A DNA stretch of 64,000 nucleotides from Anaeromyxobacteraceae bacterium (GCA_047602405.1 JASGHJ010000001.1:800001-864000), one strand, 5' to 3'. Counted from the first letter of the stretch, positions 41,252 through 53,310 are shown. Notes: a model not told the origin generated them from the sequence alone. Numbers and translations are program-made.

Positions 41252-42301
41252 GTGCACGCCAAGGCCCCTGCCCTGCCGGCGGTGCTGGCGCGCGCCGCCC
41301 TGGACAGCCTCGGGGACGCCGTCGTCATCGTCGGATCCGACGGCGGCGTCCTCCACCTGAACCCCGCCGCCGAGGAGCTGTTCGGCCGCTCGAAGGAGCG
41401 CGCCGTCGGCCTCCCGGTGCGCGCGCTCCCGGGCGGGCAGCACCTCGCGCTCCTCGCCGAGCGCACGCTGCGCTCGACCGAGAGCCAGCACCTCGACATG
41501 CCCGGCCCGACCGACCCGGGCGTCCCGGTGTCGATCGAGTCGAGCCCGCTCTACGACGGGCCGACCTGCGCCGGCGCGGTGGTCGTCGTCCGGCCCCGGC
41601 GCGCCAGCGAGCGGACCCTCGACTTCGAGGCGCTCGCGGCGGGCCTCGCGCACGAGATCCGCAATCCTCTCGCGGGGCTGCAGGGCTCCGCCGAGCTCCT
41701 CGCCCGCGAGGCGGAGGGCGTCGCGGCCGAGTACGCCCAGGTCATCGCGCGGGAGGCGAAGCGGGTCGACGGGCTCGTCCGCGAGCTCCTCGACCTCGCG
41801 CGCCCGGCGGTGCTGCACACCGCTCCCGTGAGCATCCACGACCTCATCGGCGACGTGCTCGTGCTCGCCCGCGGCGTCGCCCAGTCCGAGCGGATCCAGT
41901 TCATCGAGCGCTTCGACCCGTCGCTGCCCCCGCTCCAGGCGGACGACGAGAAGCTCATGCAGGTGCTCCTGAACCTCGTCCGCAACGCGGTCGAGGCGGT
42001 CCACGACCGCCCGCAGCCGATCGTGACCCTTGAGACCGGGGTCGCCGGGCAGCGCCTGCGCCAGGCCTCCGGCCGCACGCGCCCGCTCGCGCGGATCGCG
42101 GTGCTCGACAACGGCGCCGGCATCTCCGAGGCGATGCTCCCGCGGCTTTTCACGCCCTTCGCGACCTCGAAGCCGCAGGGCACCGGCCTCGGCCTCGCGA
42201 TCTCGCGGCGCATCGTCGAGGCCCACGGCGGCCGGATGGAGGTGAAGAACCGGGCGGGCGGCGGCGCGGAGGCCGCGATCTACCTCCCCCTGGACGCGTA
42301 G
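41252..42301 (+). CDS. ntrB: NtrB-like PAS histidine kinase
   Basis: PAS, AHEIRNPL, FDPSLP, GTGLGL; between glnB and ntrC. Confidence 0.85.
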   Translation: MHAKAPALPAVLARAALDSLGDAVVIVGSDGGVLHLNPAAEELFGRSKERAVGLPVRALPGGQHLALLAERTLRSTESQHLDMPGPTDPGVPVSIESSPLYDGPTCAGAVVVVRPRRASERTLDFEALAAGLAHEIRNPLAGLQGSAELLAREAEGVAAEYAQVIAREAKRVDGLVRELLDLARPAVLHTAPVSIHDLIGDVLVLARGVAQSERIQFIERFDPSLPPLQADDEKLMQVLLNLVRNAVEAVHDRPQPIVTLETGVAGQRLRQASGRTRPLARIAVLDNGAGISEAMLPRLFTPFATSKPQGTGLGLAISRRIVEAHGGRMEVKNRAGGGAEAAIYLPLDA

Positions 42302-42378
42302 GCCTCCCCCGACCTCGGGCGCTGGCGGGGGGAGCGCGGGTGCGCCGCCATTCGTCCCGCGGTGCGGGTACCCGTCGC

Positions 42379-42394
42379 TGGCCCCTCGCTTGCT
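42379..42394 (+). promoter_or_regulatory. sigma54 promoter upstream of ntrC
   Basis: TGGCCCCTCGCTTGCT (GG-N10-GC). Confidence 0.6.
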
Positions 42395-42453
42395 AGTGCC
42401 CGTGAACCGGGCTCCGGTGTTTGCTCATCAGGCTGGAGCCGGGAGACGTCAAC

Positions 42454-43884
<1,431 letters not shown>

Positions 43885-44099
43885 CGCCGGCGGTTTCTCG
43901 CCCGAGATCCGCGCACTGCGGGTGCCTGTCCGGCACCCGTGGGCGGGGCCGGCCGCCCGGCCGCAGCATCGTGCGGGGGGCCCCGCACGCCCCGCCGGAA
44001 TGCCTTGAACCCGGGCACGGGGTGCCCGAACATCGAGCACCCCGTCGGACGCCCCTCCCGGATCGCGAGAGAACGCCCGCAGCACCGCAGCCGCCGCCG

Positions 44100-44115
44100 T
44101 GGCACACGAAGTGCT
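44100..44115 (+). promoter_or_regulatory. sigma54 promoter of glnA
   Basis: TGGCACACGAAGTGCT, about 54 nt upstream of GTG 44169. Confidence 0.75.
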
Positions 44116-44168
44116 TTGCAGCCAGCCGTAGCCTCACCGCCCGCTCACAACCGTACCGGAGAAGGAAA

Positions 44169-45599
44169 GTGCCCAACCTGACGCCGAAGCAGGCCATCGA
44201 ACTCGCCAAGGAGAAGAAGGCTACCTACGTCGACCTGAAGTTCATGGACTTCGTCGGCCTCTGGCAGCACTTCTCCATCCCGCTGTACGAGCTGACCGAG
44301 GCCGTGTTCGAGGAGGGCCTCGGCTTCGACGGCTCCTCGATCCGCGGCTGGCAGGCGATCCACGCCTCCGACATGCTCGTCATGCCGGACGCCTCGACCG
44401 CCGCCATCGACCCGTTCATGGCGGAGCCCACGCTCTCGCTCATCTGCAACGTCAGTCGACCCGATCACGAAGGAGCCGTACTCGCGCGACCCGCGCAACA
44501 TCGCCATCAAGGCCGAGAAGTACCTGAAGTCCACCGGCATCGGCGACACGGCGTTCTTCGGCCCGGAGCCGGAGTTCTTCATCTTCGACGAGGTCCGCTA
44601 CGACTCGGAGCGTGAACCACGGCCTTCTACAAGGTCGACTCCGTCGAAGGGCCAGTGGAACACCGGCCGCGAGGAGGCCGGCGGCAACCTCGGCTACAAG
44701 TCCCGCTACAAGGAGGGCTACTTCCCGGTCGCGCCGACCGACAGCCAGCAGGACATCCGCACCGAGATGTGCCGCGTGATGGAGTCCGTCGGCATCCACG
44801 TCGAGCGCCAGCACCACGAGGTCGCCTCCGCCGGCCAGGCCGAGATCGACATCCGGTTCCAGTCGCTCGTCACGATGGCGGACCAGCTGCAGTGGTTCAA
44901 GTACATCATCAAGAACGTCGCCCGCCGGCACGGCAAGACCGTGACCTTCATGCCGAAGCCGCTCTTCGGCGACAACGGCTCGCGGCATGCACGTGCACCA
45001 GTCGATCTGGAAGGGCGGCAAGCCGCTCTTCGCCGGCGAGCGGCTACGCGGGCCTCTCCGAGATGGCGATGCACTACATCGGCGGCATCCTCAAGCACGG
45101 CCCGGCGCTCGCCGCGCTCTGCAACCCGACCACGAACAGCTACAAGCGGCTCGTGCCGGGCTTCGAGGCGCCGGTGAACCTCGCCTACTCCGCCCGCAAC
45201 CGCTCCGCGTCGATCCGCATCCCGATGTACTCGCCGTCGCCCAAGGCGAAGCGCATCGAGTTCCGGTCGCCGGACCCGTCCTCCAACGGCTACATCGCGT
45301 TCGCCGCGATGCTGATGGCCGGCCTGGACGGCATCGAGAACAAGATCAACCCCGGCCAGCCGCTCGACAAGGACATCTACGGCATGTCGCCGGAGGAGCT
45401 GAAGGACATCCCGAAGATGCCCGGCTCGCTCGACGAGGCGCTCGAGGCGCTCCGCAAGGACCACAAGTTCCTGCTGAAGGGCGACGTCTTCACCGAGGAC
45501 GTGATCGAGACCTGGATCCAGTACAAGTACGACAAGGAAGTGAACCCGGTCCGGATGCGCCCGAGCCCGCTCGAGTTCGCCCTGTACTTCGACATGTAG
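44169..45599 (+). CDS. glnA: Type I glutamine synthetase, broken by six single-base insertions (probably sequencing errors)
   Basis: [66 protein letters not shown] across frames. Confidence 0.93.
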
Positions 45600-45623
45600 T
45601 CCCCGCCTCACCTCCCCTGCTTC

Positions 45624-45659
45624 GACGGACGGCCGCCCTCACGGGCGGCCGTTTTCGTC
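45624..45659 (+). terminator. Rho-independent terminator after glnA
   Basis: ACGGCCGCCC-TCAC-GGGCGGCCGT followed by TTT. Confidence 0.75.
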
Positions 45660-45698
45660 ATGGGGTAGACTCGTCGTCAACCCGGAGGGGTGTAACGG

Positions 45699-47822
45699 AT
45701 GGCGGACCCGAGCACCGACCCGCGCGGCTGGCTGCAGGCGTGCCCCGAGCTGGAGCGCTTCACGGCGCACCCGCCCGTGGCCGCGGCCGTCGCGAAGGGC
45801 GACGGGTTCGCGCTCTTCAAGGCGCTGCGCGCGCGCCGCCGGACCGGGCGCGGCCCCGGCGAGGAGCGCGCGCTCGACGCGATCCTCGCGAAGCGCCGCC
45901 TCTTCGCGATGCCGACCGGCTCCGCGCCGGGCCTCTACACGCTGAACGGCATCGGCACCCGGATGTACGGAAGGAGCGAAGAGGGCACCGACGGCAGCTA
46001 CGTCGGCACCCTCTTCTTCACGTTCGTGTTCCTGCCGGTCTGGCCGATCGCGCAGTACCTCGTCTCGTCCGAGGGCGCGAAGTACTACTTCTTCGGCAAG
46101 GTCCCCATCTCGCCGACGCTGCGCGCCTGGCGCCTCACGGTGGTCGCGCTCGCGCTCGTCGCCGCGGGCTGGGCCGGCTACGGGCGCTGGGCGGGCGGGC
46201 GCACGCAGCTCGTCCACCTCCTGAACGGCCTCGACACCCGCGTCGTGGTGGAGGCCGGCGGGCGGCGCTTCGACGTCGCGCCGCGGGAGGGGGAGCTCGC
46301 CGTCGAGCTCCCCACCGGGCGCGTGCACGTGAAGGCGTCCACCGAGGCGGGGAAGCCCATCGAGGAGCTCGACCTCGAGGTGCCCTCCTACACGAAGTTC
46401 GTCGCCTACAACGTGCTCGGCGCCTCCCCGCTCGTGCTCGAGCACGTCTACTACGGCCCCGAGCCGAAGGGCGGCGGGGTGCCCCCGCGGTACCTCGCCG
46501 GCCAGCGCACGGTCGTGATCGCGGAGGTGGACTACGTCTTCCAGCCCGCGCCGGCGTCGGTGCAGACCTCGACGGCCGGCGCGAAGCGGACCCGGGCGCT
46601 CATCGCCGACGGCGGCTGGCGCAACGCGGTCGACCACCTGCGCTTCCGCGCGAAGCAGCCCGCCGAGGCGGAGCGGCTCGCGCGCGCCGTGCTCGCCGCG
46701 ACGCCCGGGCCGGAGGCGTTCGACGCCGCGTGGGAGCTCGCCTACGATCGCGGCGGGATGGCCGCGGCGCTCGAGGTCGCCGAGGCGGCCATCGCGGCCG
46801 ACCCGGCGCTCGTGAACGCGCACCGCATGCGGCAGGAGTTCCTGAAGTCGCTCGGGCGCCAGGCCGAGGCGCAGCGCCTCTACCGCGAGCTCGAGGCGAG
46901 GAGCCCGGACTCCGCCCTTGCGGCCTACCTGCGGGCGCGCGCGGAGGCGCCCGCCGAGGCCGACCGGCTGTTCGAGGCCGGGCTGCGCCGGTTCCCGGAC
47001 GACCCCAACTTCCTGCGCGCGGTGGCCTGGACGCAGCTGCGCGCCGGGCGGATCGCCGAGGCGGTCGACACCTGGGATCGCCTCGAGAAGGTCGCGCCGG
47101 CGGAGGCCGCCGAGATGCTGGAGCCGCGCGCGGTCGCGCTCGCGACGGTCGGCCGCGGCGCCGACGCCACCCGGCTCGTGGCCCTCGCGCTCGACCGGGA
47201 GCGCAGCTACGCGAACGCCCTCCTGTACGCGCGCGTCGCGCGCTTCGACCGGGCGCCCGCCCACCCGCCGCGCCACTACCTCGAGACCATCGAGCGCCAG
47301 GCCAGCCCGGTCGACGGCGCCTTCCTCAAGGTCGTGAAGGCGAGCGTGCTCGGCGAGCCGGTGCCGGCCGCGAGCGAGCTCGCCGCGATCCAGGAGCCCG
47401 AGGTCCGCGACGGCGCGCTGCTCCTCCTCGACGCCCTCACCGCGCCGGAGAAGGCCATGCGCGCGCTCGCGAAGGCGAGCCGGGCGCAGGCGCGCTACGT
47501 CGACGCCACGCTCCGGCTCATGCTCGCGGCGGAGGCGGCGCGCGTGGACCCGGCGCTCGTCGAGGCGATCGTCGGCGACATCGACGGGGTCCCGGCCTTC
47601 GCGGAGCTCCTCGGCAAGTTCATCCGGGGCGAGGACCCGGCGCTCCTCGCCGACCTGCCCTTCGAGCACCGCACCGCGCTCCTCGCCGGCCGCGCGCGGG
47701 CGCTCGAGGCCGCCGGCAAGGACCCCTCCGCGCTGCTCGCGGAGATCCGGCGGCGCGAGGCGGTGCCGGGGATCGTGACCGTCGCGCTGGAGCGGTGGCC
47801 GAAGGTGATGAAGGGGAAGTAG
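45699..47822 (+). CDS. Membrane-anchored TPR-like protein
   Basis: NGIGT..YG...FFTFVFLPVWPI membrane motif, TM segment, helical TPR-like repeats; GGAGG RBS. Confidence 0.7.
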   Translation: MADPSTDPRGWLQACPELERFTAHPPVAAAVAKGDGFALFKALRARRRTGRGPGEERALDAILAKRRLFAMPTGSAPGLYTLNGIGTRMYGRSEEGTDGSYVGTLFFTFVFLPVWPIAQYLVSSEGAKYYFFGKVPISPTLRAWRLTVVALALVAAGWAGYGRWAGGRTQLVHLLNGLDTRVVVEAGGRRFDVAPREGELAVELPTGRVHVKASTEAGKPIEELDLEVPSYTKFVAYNVLGASPLVLEHVYYGPEPKGGGVPPRYLAGQRTVVIAEVDYVFQPAPASVQTSTAGAKRTRALIADGGWRNAVDHLRFRAKQPAEAERLARAVLAATPGPEAFDAAWELAYDRGGMAAALEVAEAAIAADPALVNAHRMRQEFLKSLGRQAEAQRLYRELEARSPDSALAAYLRARAEAPAEADRLFEAGLRRFPDDPNFLRAVAWTQLRAGRIAEAVDTWDRLEKVAPAEAAEMLEPRAVALATVGRGADATRLVALALDRERSYANALLYARVARFDRAPAHPPRHYLETIERQASPVDGAFLKVVKASVLGEPVPAASELAAIQEPEVRDGALLLLDALTAPEKAMRALAKASRAQARYVDATLRLMLAAEAARVDPALVEAIVGDIDGVPAFAELLGKFIRGEDPALLADLPFEHRTALLAGRARALEAAGKDPSALLAEIRRREAVPGIVTVALERWPKVMKGK

Positions 47823-47842
47823 CGCGCCTTCCGGAGCTGCCC

Positions 47843-49171
47843 TTGCCTTCCCTCTCCACAGGGCTGCGCGCGGCGATCGGCGGGCTGCCGCGGCCCTTCT
47901 ACGTGCTCCTCGCGGGCATGTTCGTGAACCGGCTCGCGACGTTCGTCGCGATCTTCCTCGGGCCGTACCTCGTCAACACCCACGGGTTCACGCCGGACGC
48001 GGCCGGGCGGGTGGTGGCGCTGTTCGGCGTGGGGATCCTGGTCGCGGGCCCCCTCGGCGGCACGCTCGCGGACGCCATCGGCCGGCGCGCCACGATGCTG
48101 CTCTCGCTCGTCTCGGGCGGCTTCGCGGTGCTGGGCGTGGGGCTCGTGCGCGAGCCCACGCTGCTCGCGCTCTTCGCGTTCCTCTCGGCGCTCACCTCCG
48201 AGGGGTACCGGCCGGCGCTGCAGGCGGCGATCGCCGACCTCGTGCCGCCGGAGGAGCGCCCGCGCGCGTTCGGGCTCGTGTACTGGGTCGTGAACGCGGG
48301 CTGGACGGTCGGGCTCCTCCTCGCGGGCTTCATCGCCGAGCGGAGCTTCGTCGCGCTGTTCGCCGCCGACGCGGCGACCTGCCTCCTCTTCGCGGCGATC
48401 ATCTACTGGAAGGTGCCGGAGACGCACCCGCACCTCGCCGCCGGGGCGGGGGGGGCCGTTCATCCCGAGCGCAGGGCCCGCGAAGCGGGCCCGGAGTCGA
48501 GGGACGAGCCCCCCGGGTACACAGGGTTCGCCCAGGTCCTGCGCGATCGGATCTTCCTCGTGTTCGCGGCGCTGTACCTCGGCGCGCTCGTCATCTTCCT
48601 GCAGTTCCAGCTCGCGGCGCCGCTCGACTGGGGCGCGCACGGGGTCGGGCCCGCGGTCTACTCGGCGCTCCTCTCGTTCAACGGGCTCGGGGTGGTCGTG
48701 TTCCAGCCGCTCATCGGGCCGTGGCTGCGCCGGTTCGACGGCGCGCGGCTGCTCGCGGCCTCGGCGCTCCTCTTCGGCCTCGGCTTCGGCGTGAACGCGT
48801 TCGGGGGCAACGTGCCGCTCTACGCGTTCGGCGTGGTGCTCTGGACCATCGGCGAGGTGGTCGGCTTCCCCGCCGGCGCGACGCTCGTCGCGGACCTCGC
48901 ACCGGTCGCGCTGCGCGGGCGCTACCAGGGCGCGTTCTCGATGAGCTGGGGCATCGCCTTCTCGGTCGCCCCGCTGGTCGGCGGCGAGGTGCTCGCCCGG
49001 TTCGGCGCGCCGACGCTCTGGCTCGGCTGCCTCGGCGCAGGCGTCCTGCTCGCGGGCCTGAACCTCCTCGCCGGGCCGGCGCGCCGCCGGAGGCTCGACG
49101 CGCTCGGCATCCCCCGGCCGGGACAGGCCCCGGATGCGGGCGGCGCGGCCGCGGCGGCGCCTCCACACTGA
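47843..49171 (+). CDS. MFS transporter (MdtH-like) with a REP copy in its central loop
   Basis: GGTLADAIGRR motif A, about 12 TMs, LRGRYQG; start approximate (TTG). Confidence 0.88.
   Translation: MPSLSTGLRAAIGGLPRPFYVLLAGMFVNRLATFVAIFLGPYLVNTHGFTPDAAGRVVALFGVGILVAGPLGGTLADAIGRRATMLLSLVSGGFAVLGVGLVREPTLLALFAFLSALTSEGYRPALQAAIADLVPPEERPRAFGLVYWVVNAGWTVGLLLAGFIAERSFVALFAADAATCLLFAAIIYWKVPETHPHLAAGAGGAVHPERRAREAGPESRDEPPGYTGFAQVLRDRIFLVFAALYLGALVIFLQFQLAAPLDWGAHGVGPAVYSALLSFNGLGVVVFQPLIGPWLRRFDGARLLAASALLFGLGFGVNAFGGNVPLYAFGVVLWTIGEVVGFPAGATLVADLAPVALRGRYQGAFSMSWGIAFSVAPLVGGEVLARFGAPTLWLGCLGAGVLLAGLNLLAGPARRRRLDALGIPRPGQAPDAGGAAAAAPPH
48456..48503 (-). repeat. REP-like palindrome, long form, in-frame inside the MFS CDS
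   Basis: Reverse complement is CCCTCGACTCCGGGCCCGCTTCGCGGGCCCTGCGCTCGGGATGAACGG; translated as VHPERRAREAGPESRD. Confidence 0.85.
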
Positions 49172-49188
49172 GCCGCGGGAGGTGGACC

Positions 49189-50310
49189 GTGGCGGCGACG
49201 TACCGGGGGCTCGAGGGCATCGGCGACGACCTCGCCCGCGAGCGCACGTTCGTCCAGGGGCGCTCGGAGAGCTACGTGCGGGCGCTCGACCTGTTGCCGG
49301 GGCTGCTCGCCGGCGACGCGGGCGCGGCGGTGCGGCAGGACTGGGCGGTCCGCACCTTCACGGCCTGGTACGACCGGCCGCTGCTCCTCCTCGCGGCGCT
49401 CCGCGACGACGCGCTCGCGACCGGGCAGGCGCACCCGCTCCACGCGGCGTTCACCGGCGAGCGCCCGGACCCCGGCGCGGTCACCCCGGACGCGCTCGTC
49501 GCGGCGCTCGCGCCCGAGCGCGGCCGCCTCCACGAGAACCTCCGCCGGCGCGGCGTGCAGACGAACGAGACCTCCCGGGCGGTCACCTGGCTGTGGCCGG
49601 CGCGGCTCCTGGGCCTGGGCACGCCCGCCCGCCCGCTCGCGCTCGCCGACCTCGGCGCGAGCGCGGGGCTGAACCTCGTCGCCGACGAGCTGCCCGACGT
49701 CTGGACCGACGAGACGGGCGCGCCGCTCGAGGTGGCCGGGCCGCTCCACGCGGTCGCCCGGCTCGGGCTCGACGCGGCCCCGCTCGACGCGACGGACGAG
49801 GAGGACTCCCGCTGGCTCCTCGCCTGCGTCTGGCCGGGCGAGCACCACCGCGAGCTGCGCCTCCTGCGCGCGCTGACCGCGTTCAAGGCCGCGCGGACGC
49901 GGCTCGACGCCCCGGTGCTCGCGCCGGTGCGCGCGCGCGCGTGGCCGGAGCGGCTCGATCTCCTGTCCGGCACGCACACCGACGCGGTCGTCCTCGCCTA
50001 CCAGACGATCGTGCGCGACTACATCCTCGAGGACGAGCGGCGCGAGTACGAGGACGGGATGCGCGCCTGGATCGCGACGCACCCGCCCGGGCGCGCGCTC
50101 TGGGCCGAGCTCGAGCTCCTCGCCGACGCGGGGCCCGGCCAGGCGGCGATCCAGCTCACGCGGCGCGAGGCCGACGGGCTCGTCCGGACCCGGCGCCTCG
50201 CCCGGTGCCACCCGCACCCGACCCGCGTCGAGCGCGACCTCGCGGCCGTGACGGAGCTCGTCAGGCTCAGCCCCGCGCCGGCCCCGGCGGGTCCCCGCCC
50301 TCCCGCCTGA
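49189..50310 (+). CDS. DUF2332-family protein
   Basis: VQTNETSR, DLGASAGLNLVAD, WLLACVWP, HPH. Confidence 0.8.
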   Translation: MAATYRGLEGIGDDLARERTFVQGRSESYVRALDLLPGLLAGDAGAAVRQDWAVRTFTAWYDRPLLLLAALRDDALATGQAHPLHAAFTGERPDPGAVTPDALVAALAPERGRLHENLRRRGVQTNETSRAVTWLWPARLLGLGTPARPLALADLGASAGLNLVADELPDVWTDETGAPLEVAGPLHAVARLGLDAAPLDATDEEDSRWLLACVWPGEHHRELRLLRALTAFKAARTRLDAPVLAPVRARAWPERLDLLSGTHTDAVVLAYQTIVRDYILEDERREYEDGMRAWIATHPPGRALWAELELLADAGPGQAAIQLTRREADGLVRTRRLARCHPHPTRVERDLAAVTELVRLSPAPAPAGPRPPA

Positions 50311-50674
50311 TCGGCGCGGTCGAGGGGAAGCTCAGCAGGAAGGCCGCGCTCCCGAGGAAGAGCACGGCCATCGCGGCGAGGCCCCACCCCGGCGTGCTCC
50401 CGTGCAGCCAGGCGAGCGCGAACGTCACGGTCATGGTGCCGAGGGAGAGCGCCTTCGCGTAGCGCGGCACCACCCGGTGGTCGTGGAACGCGCGGAGCGG
50501 CGGCCCGAAGACCGGGTGGTGGTAGAGCCAGTCGTGGAACCGCCGGGAGCTCCGCGCGAAGGCCCACAGCGCCACGAGGAAGAACGGCGTCGCCGGCAGG
50601 AGCGGGAGCACCGCCCCGAGGACGCCGAGCCCCGTGAAGACGAAGCCGATCCCGAGGAACGCCCAGCGCGGCAC
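50267..50674 (-). CDS. YbaN/DUF454 inner-membrane protein
   Basis: LPLLPATPFFLVA..FARSS.RFH.WL..HP.FG. Confidence 0.85.
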   Translation of the reverse strand: MPRWAFLGIGFVFTGLGVLGAVLPLLPATPFFLVALWAFARSSRRFHDWLYHHPVFGPPLRAFHDHRVVPRYAKALSLGTMTVTFALAWLHGSTPGWGLAAMAVLFLGSAAFLLSFPSTAPIRREGGDPPGPARG

Positions 50675-50682
50675 GCCGGGGA

Positions 50683-51429
<747 letters not shown>

Positions 51430-51443
51430 GGGTCCTCCAGCTC

Positions 51444-51506
51444 GTGGCTCGACAGGCTCACCACGAACGGAATCGTCGAACCGTTCGCCCTGAGCTTGTC
51501 GAAGGG
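51444..51506. repeat. Inverted doublet of short REP-like elements
   Basis: GTGGCTCGACAGGCTCACCACGAACGG (+, 51444-51470) and CCCTTCGACAAGCTCAGGGCGAACGG (-, 51481-51506). Confidence 0.8.
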
Positions 51507-51603
51507 CGAACCGTATCGCAGCGCGTCACGCGGTCGCGCGCCCGATCGGGTCGCTCCCCCGTGCTTGAAGTCCCTGCACGAACAGACTACACCCCCAATA
51601 CTG

Positions 51604-51627
51604 AAACATGAATCGGTATTCAAGTTC
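51604..51627. promoter_or_regulatory. Putative TetR operator
   Basis: AACATGAAT-CGGT-ATTCAAGTT imperfect AT-rich palindrome overlapping ATG 51608. Confidence 0.6.
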
Positions 51628-52318
51628 AGCCCGCAGGGCCTCCTCCGCGACGACGCCCGTGACCGCGCCGGTGACGAAGCGCGGCCAGCGCACGCGCCTC
51701 AGGCTCGTCGAGGCGGCGGAGCGCGTGTTCGGCGAGAAGGGCTTCGAGCGCGCGTCCATCAGCGACATCACCCGCGAGGCGGGCGTCGCGCTCGGCACCT
51801 TCTACGTCTACTTCGAGGACAAGCAGGCGCTCCTCGTCGAGGTGGTGGACGGGCTCTCCGAGCGGCTGAAGGACGCGCTCGCGAAGGCCACCACCGGCCT
51901 CGAGGACCGCGTCGCCGTCGAGCGCGAGGGGCTCCGCGCGTTCTTCGGCTTCGTCACCGAGCACCGGCTCCTCTACCGCGTGGTGCGGCAGGCCGAGTTC
52001 GTCGACGAGGCCTGCTTCCAGCGCTACTACCGCGGCTTCGCGGTGCCCTACGCGAAGGCGCTGCAGGGCGCGCAGCGCCGCGGCCAGCTCCGCAAGATCG
52101 ATCCCGAGGCGCTCGCGTACTGCCTGATGGGCATCGCCGACTTCCTGGGCATGCGCTACGTGCTCTGGGGCCGCGGGCGCGGCGCGGAGGACGCCCTCGA
52201 CGCCGCGCTCTCCTTCATCAGGTCGGGAATGTCCCTCGACTCCGGGCCCGCTGACGCGGGCCCTACGCTCGGGACGAACGGCTCTGGTCCATCCAAGAAA
52301 GGCTCCAAGCGGCCATGA
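51608..52318 (+). CDS. TetR/AcrR-family regulator
   Basis: TRLRLVEAAERVFGEKGF..ASISDIT.EAGVALGTFYVYFEDK; true start may be a downstream GTG. Confidence 0.93.
   Translation: MNRYSSSARRASSATTPVTAPVTKRGQRTRLRLVEAAERVFGEKGFERASISDITREAGVALGTFYVYFEDKQALLVEVVDGLSERLKDALAKATTGLEDRVAVEREGLRAFFGFVTEHRLLYRVVRQAEFVDEACFQRYYRGFAVPYAKALQGAQRRGQLRKIDPEALAYCLMGIADFLGMRYVLWGRGRGAEDALDAALSFIRSGMSLDSGPADAGPTLGTNGSGPSKKGSKRP
52233..52281 (+). repeat. REP-like palindrome, long form, inside the TetR 3' coding end
   Basis: CCCTCGACTCCGGGCCCGCTGACGCGGGCCCTACGCTCGGGACGAACGG translated as SLDSGPADAGPTLGTNG. Confidence 0.85.
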
Positions 52319-53310
52319 GGTACGCGCAGATCCTCTCCACCGGACGCTACGTCCCGGCCCGCCGGGTCACGAACGCCGAGCTCGAGAAGTCCCTCGGCGA
52401 GCCCGTGGACCAGTGGCTCCGTGACAACGTCGGCATCGAGGCGCGGCACTACATGGCCGACGGCGAGGTCACGAGCGACCTCGCGCTCGCGGCCGCGAAG
52501 GAGGCGCTCGCCCGCGCCGGGGTGAAGCCGGAGGAGCTCGACCTCGTGGTCGTCGCCTCCGACACGCCCGACCAGCCGAGCCCCGGCACCTCCTCGGTGC
52601 TCCAGCACAGGCTCGGCGCGCGGAACGCCGGCACCTTCGACGTGAACTGCGCCTGCGCGAGCTTCGTCACCGCGCTCGACGTCGCCTCGAAGCAGCTCCG
52701 CGGCGATGAGGACCTCTCGAAGGTGCTCGTGGTCGGCGCCTACGGGATGAGCCGGCACGTCGACTGGAAGGACAAGAAGACCTGCACGCTCTTCGCCGAC
52801 GGCGCGGGCGCGGTCGTGCTCGGCGCGGGGAACCAGCCCGGCATCCTCGCCGGCAAGCTCGAGGCCCACGGCGAGTACCACGACGCCCTCGGCATCTACG
52901 GCGGCGGCACGCTCCACCCCTCGACGCCCGCCTACGTCGCGGCGAACGGGCAGCCCTTCGTGAAGTTCGTGCGGAAGTTCCCGGCGACCTTCAACACCGA
53001 GCGCTGGCCGGCGCTCGTGAACGGCCTCCTCGCGAAGACGGGCACCTCGATCGACGACGTGAAGCTCTTCGTCTTCACCCAGCTCAACCTGCGCACCATC
53101 GAGGCCACCATGAAGGTCCTCGGCGTGCCGATGTCGCGCACGCACTGGACGATGGACCGCTGGGGCTACACGGGCAGCGCGTGCATCCCGATGACGCTCG
53201 ACGACGCCGTGCAGGCCGGGAAGGTCAGGAAGGGCGACCTCGTCATGCTGATGGCGAGCGGCGGCGGCCTCGCGATGGCGGGGTCGATCCTCCGCTGGAC
53301 TGCCGGGTAG
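52315..53310 (+). CDS. KAS III (FabH)-like thiolase-fold enzyme with non-canonical active site
   Basis: DVNCACASF, LFADGAGAVVL; FTQLN in place of HQAN and GYTG in place of GNT. Confidence 0.88.
   Translation: MRYAQILSTGRYVPARRVTNAELEKSLGEPVDQWLRDNVGIEARHYMADGEVTSDLALAAAKEALARAGVKPEELDLVVVASDTPDQPSPGTSSVLQHRLGARNAGTFDVNCACASFVTALDVASKQLRGDEDLSKVLVVGAYGMSRHVDWKDKKTCTLFADGAGAVVLGAGNQPGILAGKLEAHGEYHDALGIYGGGTLHPSTPAYVAANGQPFVKFVRKFPATFNTERWPALVNGLLAKTGTSIDDVKLFVFTQLNLRTIEATMKVLGVPMSRTHWTMDRWGYTGSACIPMTLDDAVQAGKVRKGDLVMLMASGGGLAMAGSILRWTAG

Noticed and set aside
44987..49171. 1394-aa ORF that looks like a GlnA-MFS fusion
   Set aside because: Artefact: a frameshifted glnA fragment, off-frame read-through of the TPR gene and the MFS share one stop-free frame; a terminator lies at 45624
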